Shown here: positions 54,101 to 63,132 of the stretch, piece after piece
How positions within the stretch are numbered: position 1 is the stretch's first letter
Layout of the letters: the number at the start of each line of letters is the position of its first letter
Virus record (IMG/VR): IMGVR_UViG_3300012001_000006
Location: 1-64,000 of that record
Source: a virus
Strand: one strand, 5' to 3'
Length of the DNA: 64,000 nt
The notes under the pieces: model-generated
Database searches by the model: none
The model's input: only the letters and a program-made list of their open reading frames with translations
Told to the model about the DNA's origin: nothing
Position numbers and translations under genes: made by a program

Positions 54101-56134
54101 CAGTACCGCCGGATCGTAAACCTTGACCGTCTTTTGCTTGTAACTGTCCGTCTTGTCGAAGTAGGTAACGTCAATACTATTGGCGCGATCGGCGGTGCCG
54201 AGCCAGGTTTCCTTGTATGTGTTTTCGATCATATTGGCGACCGAGAACATCATTACCGGCGTAGCGGGCGCCTCCGTGATGATTGAATACTTGGTGCCGA
54301 TATTGACCATCTGCGCGTGACCGACGCGCAAAACAAGCTGCGCGGCGTCCCAGACGTTCGACACCGTGTCAAATGGGCCGTGCCAGGTGAGACCTTCGTC
54401 GTCGCAATAGACGGCCCAAGTTTTGAACGCTGAAAAATCGAGGCGGGCAGAGTTGACGCCGGCGCCATACCGCTTGTTCGTCAACATATCCCACAAGATC
54501 CATGCGGGGTTGCTGCTGGCGCTTGGATACCAATTCTCTATCGTCGCCCAACTGCCAGGCAAGCCGTAGGCGTTAATGATGCGGCCGCCGTTCATGAATG
54601 TCACGTTTGGAACGCCGCTAATTGTGTCATCCAGAACGATGCGCAGACCGAGCAGCGCTGTGTTTGGGTAGGACAGCGTATCGTTGACAATCTCATTAAC
54701 GTCCGTAAGGTAGACGGTATCCATCACCGATGCGTCGGTCGACTTGGCGTTGGCACGCGAGACGCGAATGTCGTACTTTCCTTTTTCCAGAGGGCCGGTC
54801 TGATATGACCGGCGCACTGCCGACCGCATATTTGCCGTCATATCTGGCGTGTTGCCGTATAGTGGAACCGTCCCCGTTAAAACACTGCTGCCGCCGCCGT
54901 CATTACTGAAAGACGTGACAAGGGCGTTCGCGCTCAGGTACGTAAGCTCCGTTTGGTCGGTAATAGTTAAGCCAGTGTCGTCATAAGTCCACACATATGT
55001 TGGCGTAAGCAAACTGAATGCGCCTGTAACAGCATCCTGCACATAAATTTGACCGTCCTGGCCGGTCTGAATTACTTGGTCTGGGCCTGGCGCATTGGTG
55101 AGTGTAGCGGTGCAGTGGCGTTGACCGATAATGTGTGAGCCGATCGGGACGGGAGTCCAGCTTGACGCGCCAACCAGGCGGTAGTCCATATTCAACACGA
55201 CCGTCTGTTCCGAGGTCGATCCGTCGTTCAAGTCAGTCCTGCTCAAACCATACGGTGCGGTGAAGTCGAGGCGAAACGCATCCACGATCGCTTGAGTCGT
55301 GTAGTGGATATAGTCCTGTGATGTTTCCAGCCCCAAGCTGTGTGAGGTTGTAACGCCGCTAAACCAAGGTATTGGCGTTTGGTTCTGGTTGCCGAGTCGG
55401 ATGTCTGTTTGAACTTGCTTATAGTCCGTGATTGGGTTGTTGTTGATTTGAATGTCGGTAATGCCCGCGATCGGGCCTTCGCCGGCATTGATCAGCATGT
55501 ACAGGTCTTGCGTATCACCGTCGTTCACGACGAACATATCAATTACGTTCCCGGCGGTACGAAACTTGCCGTATGAAACTGGCACCGGCGCCCCCTCAAC
55601 GGAGGTAAGTTTTGCGCCATCAATGCCGTACGTTGTCGAGCTGGTGCTTGAATTGGTTGGCTTGCTTGGCGCGAGGATGCCTTGAATCAGCATCGATCCC
55701 GCCACCATAACGATGCCTTGGGCTAATCCAACACTCACGCCCATATCACCGGCAAAGGCGGCAAAGCCAGCGCCGCCCGTCATGACGCCAAGCGCGATAA
55801 TCGCAATGATCGCCACAATTTGCTTCGCGCCGTTACTGCCTGCCGGTACAGGGCAGACAACCAAATTGTCCGTCCTGTCCAAATACGTTACCGCAAACTT
55901 GTCGCTTTCAACAATCTTCCCATTGACCGACACGACGACCAGATCAGCAACGATTGGGAAGTAGTCTTGAAGGGTTTTTTTAGCGCCCCAAAGCACTGTC
56001 TCGCGCACGAACTCACGCGGGTTGAATGGATTGGTAACGCGAATGACGGGAATCTCGACAGGCTGAGCAAGCTCGCTCGTCTTGGATCTGCGTACGCGTT
56101 TTTTAAGCGATTTTTTAGTGACCGACGTATTCAT
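51116..56134 (-). CDS. tail tip / host specificity protein J-like (gpI-like N-terminus, FnIII region, DUF1983-like C-terminus)
   Basis: GAPVPVSYG, AGEGPI, SYPNTAL, SSNPAWILWDMLTNKRYG and AQYTVKIDNNGYVSGYGL motifs. Confidence 0.9.
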   Translation of the reverse strand: MNTSVTKKSLKKRVRRSKTSELAQPVEIPVIRVTNPFNPREFVRETVLWGAKKTLQDYFPIVADLVVVSVNGKIVESDKFAVTYLDRTDNLVVCPVPAGSNGAKQIVAIIAIIALGVMTGGAGFAAFAGDMGVSVGLAQGIVMVAGSMLIQGILAPSKPTNSSTSSTTYGIDGAKLTSVEGAPVPVSYGKFRTAGNVIDMFVVNDGDTQDLYMLINAGEGPIAGITDIQINNNPITDYKQVQTDIRLGNQNQTPIPWFSGVTTSHSLGLETSQDYIHYTTQAIVDAFRLDFTAPYGLSRTDLNDGSTSEQTVVLNMDYRLVGASSWTPVPIGSHIIGQRHCTATLTNAPGPDQVIQTGQDGQIYVQDAVTGAFSLLTPTYVWTYDDTGLTITDQTELTYLSANALVTSFSNDGGGSSVLTGTVPLYGNTPDMTANMRSAVRRSYQTGPLEKGKYDIRVSRANAKSTDASVMDTVYLTDVNEIVNDTLSYPNTALLGLRIVLDDTISGVPNVTFMNGGRIINAYGLPGSWATIENWYPSASSNPAWILWDMLTNKRYGAGVNSARLDFSAFKTWAVYCDDEGLTWHGPFDTVSNVWDAAQLVLRVGHAQMVNIGTKYSIITEAPATPVMMFSVANMIENTYKETWLGTADRANSIDVTYFDKTDSYKQKTVKVYDPAVLVNGTPTRNSAITMYGVDNAETAFKEAQFMMNLNRYILKTVSFSAPLEAISCTVGSLIYVQHDMPNWAQAGRFNDDNTASVVQLDRPVTMEAGKQYMLLALHDTQQQAAGAIYNIAGDSIFLTGYNGMKTVKRLKVGTIDVRASATFDQGGGSYGVIVDDPAGLVVGAAYTLWDTDVVEEVNVVNVPGDTSVITLQTPMIQTAALYGNWMFGEVGKVKQAFRVTSIIGSHEYRRDITALQYDPLVYDFGRYGTTTPPVIHPEDSIIGPVMDLVMYEETYVSGSNIVSKAVASWALPQTGMYDGADIYVKKNDGPQIKIGSVPHRTDTAIDTAKGDVLTVTVVAYDAFGKRCALAISPSITYTVIGELPKVNVGSVTGAEFIWSGKNCKISWRYNSLTHSYEFGSEPVGADAGALDPQFKDYEIKIFDKAGVTLRRTEYVTASNYTYSYEHNFEDGIERHLQFQIRMRDKSNNLGPITTLDAYNPPPIVLGTDSTATYNSAAISYAHSEDPDFAGATIWLSQNANDLSDAGIATYGDTFVVFDGPDKAITLSKLMFNADYYYRIAAYDAFGKTELLPSAVTHFKTPYMDVDAIAGGVLKDSQLITTLQDRINLVDGPVGLLGSVAARVLAEATERGTAITNLANSVNTTTDAISSTLSSVSAVTNNNTAVISTEITARTTADSALSARIDAVAASTDTNTAAIVTETTARTTADSALATTISALMATVDDNTASIATETTVRANADSASAAAISTISSTVADHTTAIGVQATSINGLAAQYTVKIDNNGYVSGYGLASTTINGVPVSEFMVRADSFSVVMPGYPNVYPFTIGAVGGTPAVIISTALIGDASIATAKIGDAQINTLKIAGNAVTVPSYVSGAYSASGLVAGSLVQIASLTLSFNDAVNVLTVANWQASQTGSGFTGGNTRFMVKVDGNTYLDWADTAYGGVTQSHIASAKVFLGAGTHTFTMWVGNNWTDGTWDLAAWGVTFLGVMR

Positions 56135-56507
56135 AGAATCCCACAATTCTTTGCTTCCAACTTTCAACTTGAACAATCGACACGCCGCCTGAGTGTTCCC
56201 ACGTATGAATCATTTGGTACTGGTTAATCATGTAGCCGACATGTGCGACGTACCGCCCTACCCGAATCAGCACCACGGCGCCTGGCCGCTGCTTAACTTC
56301 TTTCCATTGCGGCAGGGTCGCGCCCATCATTGCCGCGACAAGTGCTTGGTCGCTGGCGAATCCGAAGTCAGGTAATGACTTACCTTGGCGCCGATGCAAA
56401 TCCATGATCAAGCCGTAGCAGTCGAACCTTGCAGGGCCGCGGCCGCCGTATTGGAATGGGACACCAATCAGGTCTGCGAAGTCGATCGGCACTTCCTGAT
56501 TAGCCAT
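56115..56507 (-). CDS. NlpC/P60 tail assembly protein (gpK-like)
   Basis: LIGVPFQYGGR...FDCYGL..HVG..MIH. Confidence 0.88.
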   Translation of the reverse strand: MANQEVPIDFADLIGVPFQYGGRGPARFDCYGLIMDLHRRQGKSLPDFGFASDQALVAAMMGATLPQWKEVKQRPGAVVLIRVGRYVAHVGYMINQYQMIHTWEHSGGVSIVQVESWKQRIVGFYEYVGH

Positions 56508-57132
56508 ACGACACGTTCTGGTTGCTGATGCCGGGGAATGCGCCGAAGTTCGCCTGGTTGCCGTGCGCCTCGCAGCCATTGATGCCACGCAACGACAGGT
56601 CGCAGGAAGTCATCGCTCCCTGATACCCGCACTCGACCCCCTTGAAACGAAACTGACAGTAATCGCGCGTCTGGATACGCAACGGGAAGGTTTTTGTGAT
56701 GATGTTTTCGGCGCCGAGCGTGAATGTGCAGGTGTAATTTGTTGAGGTCGCGCCGATCACGACGAAGTATTCGACGACTTCTGGCGGCTGTGCTAGGTTG
56801 CCGGCGTTCACAACCGAGATCGCCACATTGAAGCCGACACCGCCCCCGTAAAGCTGCATTTGAGATTGCACCGCCAGCGAGTGGTCGTTCATCGTGAGAT
56901 TCACAGACGACTGCTTGCCAGACTCCTCCCGCAGCTCGATATCGAAGCTGGCCGGCAGGTAGGTATGACCGTTAAAGACGATCTCTTCCGTGTTGCGGAC
57001 TAGGTTCATCGTCTGCACGACGGCGCCTGTGATCGGATTGACGACATCGATATCCAGGCAGATTAGCCAGGGAACGTCGGAAGAAAGCCGGTTCTTCTCA
57101 ATAATGCTGGCGACGGAAAGTGATTTACTCAT
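56500..57132 (-). CDS. minor tail protein L-like (hub)
   Basis: C-terminal CQFRFKGVECGY...CD...C..H...NFGAFPG Cys cluster. Confidence 0.88.
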   Translation of the reverse strand: MSKSLSVASIIEKNRLSSDVPWLICLDIDVVNPITGAVVQTMNLVRNTEEIVFNGHTYLPASFDIELREESGKQSSVNLTMNDHSLAVQSQMQLYGGGVGFNVAISVVNAGNLAQPPEVVEYFVVIGATSTNYTCTFTLGAENIITKTFPLRIQTRDYCQFRFKGVECGYQGAMTSCDLSLRGINGCEAHGNQANFGAFPGISNQNVSYG

Positions 57133-57172
57133 GCCGGCATTATATATCAGTCAGTTGTGACTTATCAAGTGA

Positions 57173-57538
57173 TTACGCCTGTTGCAAGGAAAACTGAACA
57201 TCCCAACGCTGCGCGGTGCCGATGCCGGTGTACTTAAAGTTTAGCTTCTTATCCATAAATCGCACCTGAAAGACCGCCTTGTCGATCGGATCAGTCCAGG
57301 CAAAAATCACCGAGCCGCCCTTCACGGTGTCGTAAAACGCCTGAAGTGCGCCGCGATCCGCGTTCGACAGGTTCGTGAAGCCGGACGTGAAGGAGCGGCG
57401 TGGCGCGCGGGTCGTCTTGGCGCGCGAGACAACGTAGCCGCCATCCATCTTCGACTGCATCGATACGTCTTCCTGCTCGACGGAGTAGAATTTGGAATCC
57501 TGACCTGTTGAAAGCGTTGGGAAGATAGGGGTGGTCAT
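57173..57538 (-). CDS. distal tail protein (gpM-like)
   Basis: MDGGY..R...FY..KGG..FAWTDP; follows the tape measure gene. Confidence 0.8.
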   Translation of the reverse strand: MTTPIFPTLSTGQDSKFYSVEQEDVSMQSKMDGGYVVSRAKTTRAPRRSFTSGFTNLSNADRGALQAFYDTVKGGSVIFAWTDPIDKAVFQVRFMDKKLNFKYTGIGTAQRWDVQFSLQQA

Positions 57539-57548
57539 TTACATATCC

Positions 57549-60500
57549 TTATTTTAGCGCCGACTTCATACCGGAGCGGAAGCCGCCGGCCTGGTTCGCC
57601 GCGGTTAGAACGACATCTAAAATCATTTGGGCGCCATCCATGCGCGGCTGACCCTGCTGAGCGCTAACAGGCTGGCCGCTTTGGTTAATAACGTTGACGG
57701 TTACGTTTGGCGCCGAATTTCCCTGCTGGCTGCCCTTCATTGTTACAGGGATGCTGCGACCGTCTGGAAGCGGCACGTATGCTTCGGGGCCAGCCTCGCC
57801 GTAGATCGCGACCTGCGGGCTGTTCGCGATGCCGCCGGAGGCGTATTTGCGCAACTCCATCGACCCCATGCTTGTCATGACGCCGCCGTTCGCAAAGGCG
57901 GTCGCGTAATCTGCGTACGTTAAGCCGTCGATGTTCTGGCCGTAAAAGTTCGAGCCGCCTAATCCACCGCCTAATCCACCGCCTAATCCACCGCCAGAGG
58001 CGCCTGCGCGAAGATTATTCATAAACGTGGTCAAGGCGGCGTTAGTGCTGCCAACCGTAGTCGTCATACTCGCTAGAGCCGTTGTATTTGCGGTGGTCGC
58101 TGATGTCTCGGCGGACTTGCTTGCCGTCTTTGTCACGCCGCCACCCAATGACGAACCACCACCGAACAGACCGCTAAGAAAGTTCGTGCCGGCGCTGACG
58201 ACGCTCTTCAATGAATCACCAATCGCCTTTTTAATCGCCACGTCCGCTATGCTTGTCAAAACCGACTGCATGTAGCCGAGGATGTTATCCTTGAACTGCT
58301 TCATGCGGCTTTCGCCTTTCGTCATCGACTTTTCAAGCAGCGAAACGAAGCCTGATGCCCATTGATCTTGCAGGCTATTAAGCTGTTGCGTCGTATCTTG
58401 CCATTGACGATTTAAGCTAACAATAGGCTGTTCCAGAGCGTGCGCAAGCTCCTGGGCCTGCCTCGTCATGGTCAAGTTGTGCTGCGCCTGTTCTTTCTCA
58501 ATCAGCGCGTCGGATTTAGCATTGATGCCGACAATTTCGTCCGCGGTTGAGGAGGCGATTTCCGTTTCGCGCCGCTTGTTAAACTCGAATACGCGTTGCG
58601 CCGTTTCGTCATTTTCCTTCTTGTTTGCCTCGCTGAACTGCTGACGGATCGCGTCATCGTGGGTTATATCCCACTTCGGAATCTTGTTCTTCTGCGTGAC
58701 ATCGGCGGTATTGTTCGCCAAGTCTGCGCCGGCCTGATTGAAGAGCGCCTTATTCTTCGCCCTCTCCCATTCTGCAAACCCCACCGTGCCGGCTTTCAGA
58801 CTCTCCCCCGTACGGGCGAACTCCCTGTCCAGCGCGCGAAGTGCGTCCGACTGCTTGGTCAAGCTGCCGCCGTTCATACGCTCCATCGCGGCGTCAAACT
58901 CGCCCGACGTTGCGGCCGCGCGCTCATTTGCGTAGACGACCGCCTTGGTCTGCGCAGCCAGCAGCATTTCTTGTGCTGTTTTCGCTTTTAGCCTATTGAT
59001 TTCGTCGGAGTCGGCGGCGGGTCGTACCTTGATTGGCTTGCCGTTCTTGTCTTTCGCATCCTTGTCGTACTTTCCGGCGGCCCGATTGCCCTCGATGATC
59101 GACGCAGCTTCATCTTTCAAGGTTGCGAGCTTTTCGCCACCCGAGATGAGCGCCTTGAGCTTTGCTTCCTGTGCGCCAAGTTTGCCGTCAGCTTCCGCGA
59201 GCGCAGCCGTCAGTGGATCTTCGCGATTAGCGCGACCACCATGTCCGCCAGTGACGTTTGCGGCGTCAATGACCCGCTGCGCGGCTGCGTCAGCGCCCGT
59301 TTTCGCAACCGGCTTCGCCACTACTGGCGCGACCGGCGGCAACCCTAGCCCTGCCGCTTCGCGATCAGCTTGACGCTGCGCCGCCTGACGCTCCTCCCAT
59401 GTGCCTTTTTTACGATCTGCCTTCTCTTTTTCCGTCAGCGTGCCGGACGCAAGGCGTCCGTTGTATGACTCGCCGTTCCGATCGTCTCTTTCGGCCGCCA
59501 GGCGCATCTTGCCGGCTTCGTCGGTGAAGAATGCGCGCGTCTTGGATACCGCGTCCGCGATTGTGTCGTAAAACCGCGCGCCGAACGAAATAGCCCAATC
59601 GATCACCTTCGCACCACCAACCTCCAGGTTGGCAACCCAATCGGTCAACTGGTACAGCATCGCCAGTTCGCCGATGATCGGAATCATCTTGAGGAATGCG
59701 GAGCCAATCTTACCGGCGATACCGATCATCTTGGCGCCGGCGCCCAATACCATTTCGCCGGCACTTACCGCACCCGCGCCGAACTTACCGAGCGACGGAA
59801 CTGCCGTTGCGATCTTCTCGCCGACGCCGCCGATCGCGTTACCCATCCCTGCGTAACCTGGAATGGAGGCGGCGACCTTGCTGGCTGATTCACCGATATT
59901 CACGTTCCACTTCGCGCTTTCAACATTCCCCAGGCCGAACATGCGCGTCAAGAGCGAGCCGGAGTTGGTGACTGTGCCAAATGCGCTGGATGCCGCGGTT
60001 GCGCCGCCGGCCATGTTGCGCAAGATACTCACGAACGAGCCGGCCATACCGAACATACTGGCGAAGCCTTTGAACGCCAGTACCGCACCACCAATTGACG
60101 CTGCGATCGCGCCAAACTGAACCACCATCGGGTTCGCTGTTGCAAACTCTTTGGCTTTCTGCACGATGCTTGAAAACGCAGTCAAAAGCTCTTTCAAGAC
60201 CGGCAATAGCTGCGTACCGACCAGCATCGCAACGTCGGTCGCTTGCGCCTTGAAGTCCTTCATCTGGCGGTCGTACGTTTGCTGCAAATCCTTGTCAACC
60301 CCGTCAATTCCCTTCGAGCCTGTAATCGTCTTGCTCTGCTCGGCCAAACGCTTCTGTGAGCGTGGGTCGCCGGCGGTCATCAGCGCTTGCGCGGCGGTCG
60401 TGGTGATCCCCAGATGGGCCAGGTACATCGACACGGCAGTCATCTGGTTCTCGGCAGAGTTGACATCCTTGCCTTGGTAGAACTTCGCGACGTTGCCTTG

Positions 60501-62357
60501 CTTCTGCGTGTACGCGATGATGTCCGGCATGATCGACTGCACCGCGGCGACCGGATTTTTCAGCCACAGGTCGGCATTCTTGAAGCCGCCATGCTTGGCA
60601 TCCTTCAAGACGCCGGCGTTGTCTTTCGACATATCGAGACCGGAGGTATTCATCACGCCGGCGCCCGCGAATTCCTTAACTGCTTCGCTGCTCAAGCCTT
60701 TACCGAGCGCGTAGGACTGCATCATCTTGAACGCGGTGCCGACCGTAGACACGCCGCCGGCCGAACCACCGCCGTCGCCGCCGCCTGCAACCTTGAATTG
60801 ATCAACCACGCCTGCAAGGTTGATCAGGCCCGCGTCGCTCAACTGACCGGCGCCGACACCCAGGCGTCGCAGCACCGTTTCAATGTCTTGCGTCTGCACC
60901 TTGCCGGCCGTGCCGATCGAAATCTTCTGCAAGGTCTCGAACGTGCGCTTTGTGGCTTCAGGATCAGCCGTTTGTTGCCGCATTTCGGCCACGCCGTACA
61001 TATTGCGAATGGTCGATTGCGTGTCGCCATGCACCAAATCGAGCGACTTCAGATTGTTCGAAGCCTTGACCGCGGACTCAAGCGTCTTGTTGATGATGTC
61101 CGCGTTGTTCGAGCCGATCGAGGCGATCGCCGACATGCGCGACTTGATCGCGTCCAGTGTCGAGAGGAACTTCAGATTGTTGCTCATCGCTTCCGAATCG
61201 GCATAGATGCCGGCTTCTTCCGCTTTTGGCAGGTTCAACGCGCCGACGATCACCTTCTGGCGCTGCATCTCGTCAGCCGCGCCGATCGATGCGCCGATAC
61301 CCTTTTCAATCTTGGCGCCGGCGTACATCTGCGCCATGCCCTTCCACATCTGGCCCATCGAGGCGACTTGCGCGCGCTGCTCCTCGAAGCGCTGCCGTTC
61401 GGACAGTTGGAAGTTGCGAATTTGTGCGGCCGACTCATCGGCGTTCGCGCGACGTTCAGCGAAGGCGGCCTTGTCAGCCTCGCGACGCATCTTGGTCAGG
61501 CGAATGATCTCTTCCGCGTTTGACTGCTCAACGTGAGCTAGAACGCCTGCCGCGCCTGCCTGTTGCGTGGTGAGCTGGATCGACTTCTCGATCTCGGCAT
61601 TCTTCCACTTCATCTCATTGATGGTGGCCTGAACGTGAGCGGCTTCAGCCTGTGCCTCTGCTGCGCCGGCCGCGAACGGTGCGGCGTCCTTTCGAATCTG
61701 CGCGCCGGTGGCGGCATTCTTGCCGAAGTAATTCTTTGCCGGCGCGACGTTCGCGTCGTACAGGTGATCCAGCTTGCGCTGAAGCGCGGTTAGTTCCGCA
61801 ACCGCCCTCTCGCGCTCGGCGATGATTTTGACGTTACCCTGGCGCTCTACCTCCAGCGCCTTGATCTTGTTTGCCGCTGTGCCTTCGATCGCGCGCTTGC
61901 CGCTGGCGACGCTGTTCGTGTTGGCCTCATCGAGCTGGAGAATACTGGCAACCGTCTTGCGAATAGCGGGGCCGAGCGAGTCGAGACTTTCGCTATACAG
62001 CTTTGTCCACTTGTCGGCGCCGGTCGAGGTCGCTCGTTTGTTTGCGTCCGCAAGCGCATCAACGCCCTGCGCGGCAGCTTTTGATTTGGAGCCGATCGCG
62101 TCGAGCTTCGTGACGGTCTCTGCCATTTGGCTGACCATCGCCTGAAGCGTCTTGCCGACTGCGCCGAAGCCGCCAGCAAAGGCGGCGATCTCTTTGGTGA
62201 GGCCGGAGACTGAACCCTCGATCGAGTCGGCCACCTTGCCGAAGCTCTTCAGCCCTGCCTCGAATACCTTGACGACCTCGCCGGCACTTTTGGTCTTGAC
62301 GCTGAATCCAGCGTCTTCGAGAGTTAATACGACCTTGATGTCTTTGCTAATCGTCAT
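57549..62357 (-). CDS. tail tape measure protein
   Basis: 1602-aa Ala/Gly-rich helical protein; C-terminal FANGG..YASGGIANSP..GEAGPEAYVPLPDGRSIPV; follows the chaperones. Confidence 0.93.
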   Translation of the reverse strand: MTISKDIKVVLTLEDAGFSVKTKSAGEVVKVFEAGLKSFGKVADSIEGSVSGLTKEIAAFAGGFGAVGKTLQAMVSQMAETVTKLDAIGSKSKAAAQGVDALADANKRATSTGADKWTKLYSESLDSLGPAIRKTVASILQLDEANTNSVASGKRAIEGTAANKIKALEVERQGNVKIIAERERAVAELTALQRKLDHLYDANVAPAKNYFGKNAATGAQIRKDAAPFAAGAAEAQAEAAHVQATINEMKWKNAEIEKSIQLTTQQAGAAGVLAHVEQSNAEEIIRLTKMRREADKAAFAERRANADESAAQIRNFQLSERQRFEEQRAQVASMGQMWKGMAQMYAGAKIEKGIGASIGAADEMQRQKVIVGALNLPKAEEAGIYADSEAMSNNLKFLSTLDAIKSRMSAIASIGSNNADIINKTLESAVKASNNLKSLDLVHGDTQSTIRNMYGVAEMRQQTADPEATKRTFETLQKISIGTAGKVQTQDIETVLRRLGVGAGQLSDAGLINLAGVVDQFKVAGGGDGGGSAGGVSTVGTAFKMMQSYALGKGLSSEAVKEFAGAGVMNTSGLDMSKDNAGVLKDAKHGGFKNADLWLKNPVAAVQSIMPDIIAYTQKQGNVAKFYQGKDVNSAENQMTAVSMYLAHLGITTTAAQALMTAGDPRSQKRLAEQSKTITGSKGIDGVDKDLQQTYDRQMKDFKAQATDVAMLVGTQLLPVLKELLTAFSSIVQKAKEFATANPMVVQFGAIAASIGGAVLAFKGFASMFGMAGSFVSILRNMAGGATAASSAFGTVTNSGSLLTRMFGLGNVESAKWNVNIGESASKVAASIPGYAGMGNAIGGVGEKIATAVPSLGKFGAGAVSAGEMVLGAGAKMIGIAGKIGSAFLKMIPIIGELAMLYQLTDWVANLEVGGAKVIDWAISFGARFYDTIADAVSKTRAFFTDEAGKMRLAAERDDRNGESYNGRLASGTLTEKEKADRKKGTWEERQAAQRQADREAAGLGLPPVAPVVAKPVAKTGADAAAQRVIDAANVTGGHGGRANREDPLTAALAEADGKLGAQEAKLKALISGGEKLATLKDEAASIIEGNRAAGKYDKDAKDKNGKPIKVRPAADSDEINRLKAKTAQEMLLAAQTKAVVYANERAAATSGEFDAAMERMNGGSLTKQSDALRALDREFARTGESLKAGTVGFAEWERAKNKALFNQAGADLANNTADVTQKNKIPKWDITHDDAIRQQFSEANKKENDETAQRVFEFNKRRETEIASSTADEIVGINAKSDALIEKEQAQHNLTMTRQAQELAHALEQPIVSLNRQWQDTTQQLNSLQDQWASGFVSLLEKSMTKGESRMKQFKDNILGYMQSVLTSIADVAIKKAIGDSLKSVVSAGTNFLSGLFGGGSSLGGGVTKTASKSAETSATTANTTALASMTTTVGSTNAALTTFMNNLRAGASGGGLGGGLGGGLGGSNFYGQNIDGLTYADYATAFANGGVMTSMGSMELRKYASGGIANSPQVAIYGEAGPEAYVPLPDGRSIPVTMKGSQQGNSAPNVTVNVINQSGQPVSAQQGQPRMDGAQMILDVVLTAANQAGGFRSGMKSALK

Positions 62358-62386
62358 GCTGCCCTCAAGCTATTAAATTTCAGTAA

Positions 62387-62722
62387 TTACGAAAGCCCCT
62401 TCAATTCTGCGAAGCCCACCTCGTCTCTTTCATCTATCAACTGCGCCGGTGGCTGGTCTTCCAACTTAACCAAGGTGCCTGCCTCGACGACCAAACGCTG
62501 TCTGTATGTGGCGGCTCCTTCAGCGCTCTCGCTGCAAACCGCAACCGTCAGCGAGCGCATATCCTTTTGGGCTTGAATTCGATCGACGTTTCTGCTCATT
62601 AGCCAGAACGTCTTCAATGGAAGCGTCATCACTTCCGCGTAGCTCTGGGCGTAAAAGTGCATGACTCGACAGAAGAAGAAACCGAAATCGATCTCCTCTA
62701 TCTGTGCGCCTTTTAGTTTCCC
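62387..62722 (-). CDS. tail assembly chaperone GT (-1 frameshift extension)
   Basis: The -1 frame is open from the slippery site: GKLKGAQIEEIDFGFFFCRVMHFYAQS... Confidence 0.85.
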   Translation of the reverse strand, partial: GKLKGAQIEEIDFGFFFCRVMHFYAQSYAEVMTLPLKTFWLMSRNVDRIQAQKDMRSLTVAVCSESAEGAATYRQRLVVEAGTLVKLEDQPPAQLIDERDEVGFAELKGLS

Positions 62723-63054
62723 GCTGGTGTGCCGTCCTCTGCTTTGTCGGCTGGAACGGTGTCGGCCTGCTCGTTATCGCCGCGTACGAATGCGGTAATC
62801 GAGCGCAGCTTTTCCAGCGTGAGACCGCCGAGCGCTTCGCGCGGCAGCGTTGGGACACAGCGAATGATCATGTCGATGGTTGCTTCGATCTGGTCAACGA
62901 TGCTGGCAGCGTCCGAGAGCTTTTCAGCAGCGCGGGTTGTTTCGATGAAGTTGGCAACACTCATCTCGATCACCGGATAGGTGACGCCTTTGATTACCAA
63001 TTCGCGTGCTTCTTCGTTGGCGCTCAAAGCGTCCAGGTTCAGGATTTTTGCCAT
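62713..63054 (-). CDS. tail assembly chaperone G
   Basis: Between the major tail and tape measure genes; ends GCG GGA AAC TAA. Confidence 0.88.
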   Translation of the reverse strand: MAKILNLDALSANEEARELVIKGVTYPVIEMSVANFIETTRAAEKLSDAASIVDQIEATIDMIIRCVPTLPREALGGLTLEKLRSITAFVRGDNEQADTVPADKAEDGTPAGN

Positions 63055-63073
63055 TTCAGTATTTCCTTGTAAG

Positions 63074-63100
63074 GAAGCCCCACCGTATAGGTGGGGCTTC
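63074..63100 (-). terminator. hairpin terminator after the major tail gene
   Basis: GAAGCCCCACC-GTATA-GGTGGGGCTTC. Confidence 0.65.
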
Positions 63101-63113
63101 GTTGGTTGGTGAA

Positions 63114-63131
63114 TAAGTCAGGTCTGACTTA
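63114..63131. promoter_or_regulatory. perfect palindromic box
   Basis: TAAGTCA-GGTC-TGACTTA just past the major tail stop codon. Confidence 0.8.
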
Positions 63132-63132
63132 G

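Noticed and set aside
57955-57996. Tandem 12-bp repeat AATCCACCGCCT x3, and the 21-bp repeats near 49398-49446
   Set aside because: These are in-frame coding repeats (GGGL linker in the tape measure protein; AQAGIST in the fibre stalk), not independent elements.
1991-63131. CRISPR array or iteron cluster made of the TAAGTCA repeats
   Set aside because: Copies are dispersed kilobases apart, with no regular spacers and no cas or rep gene alongside.
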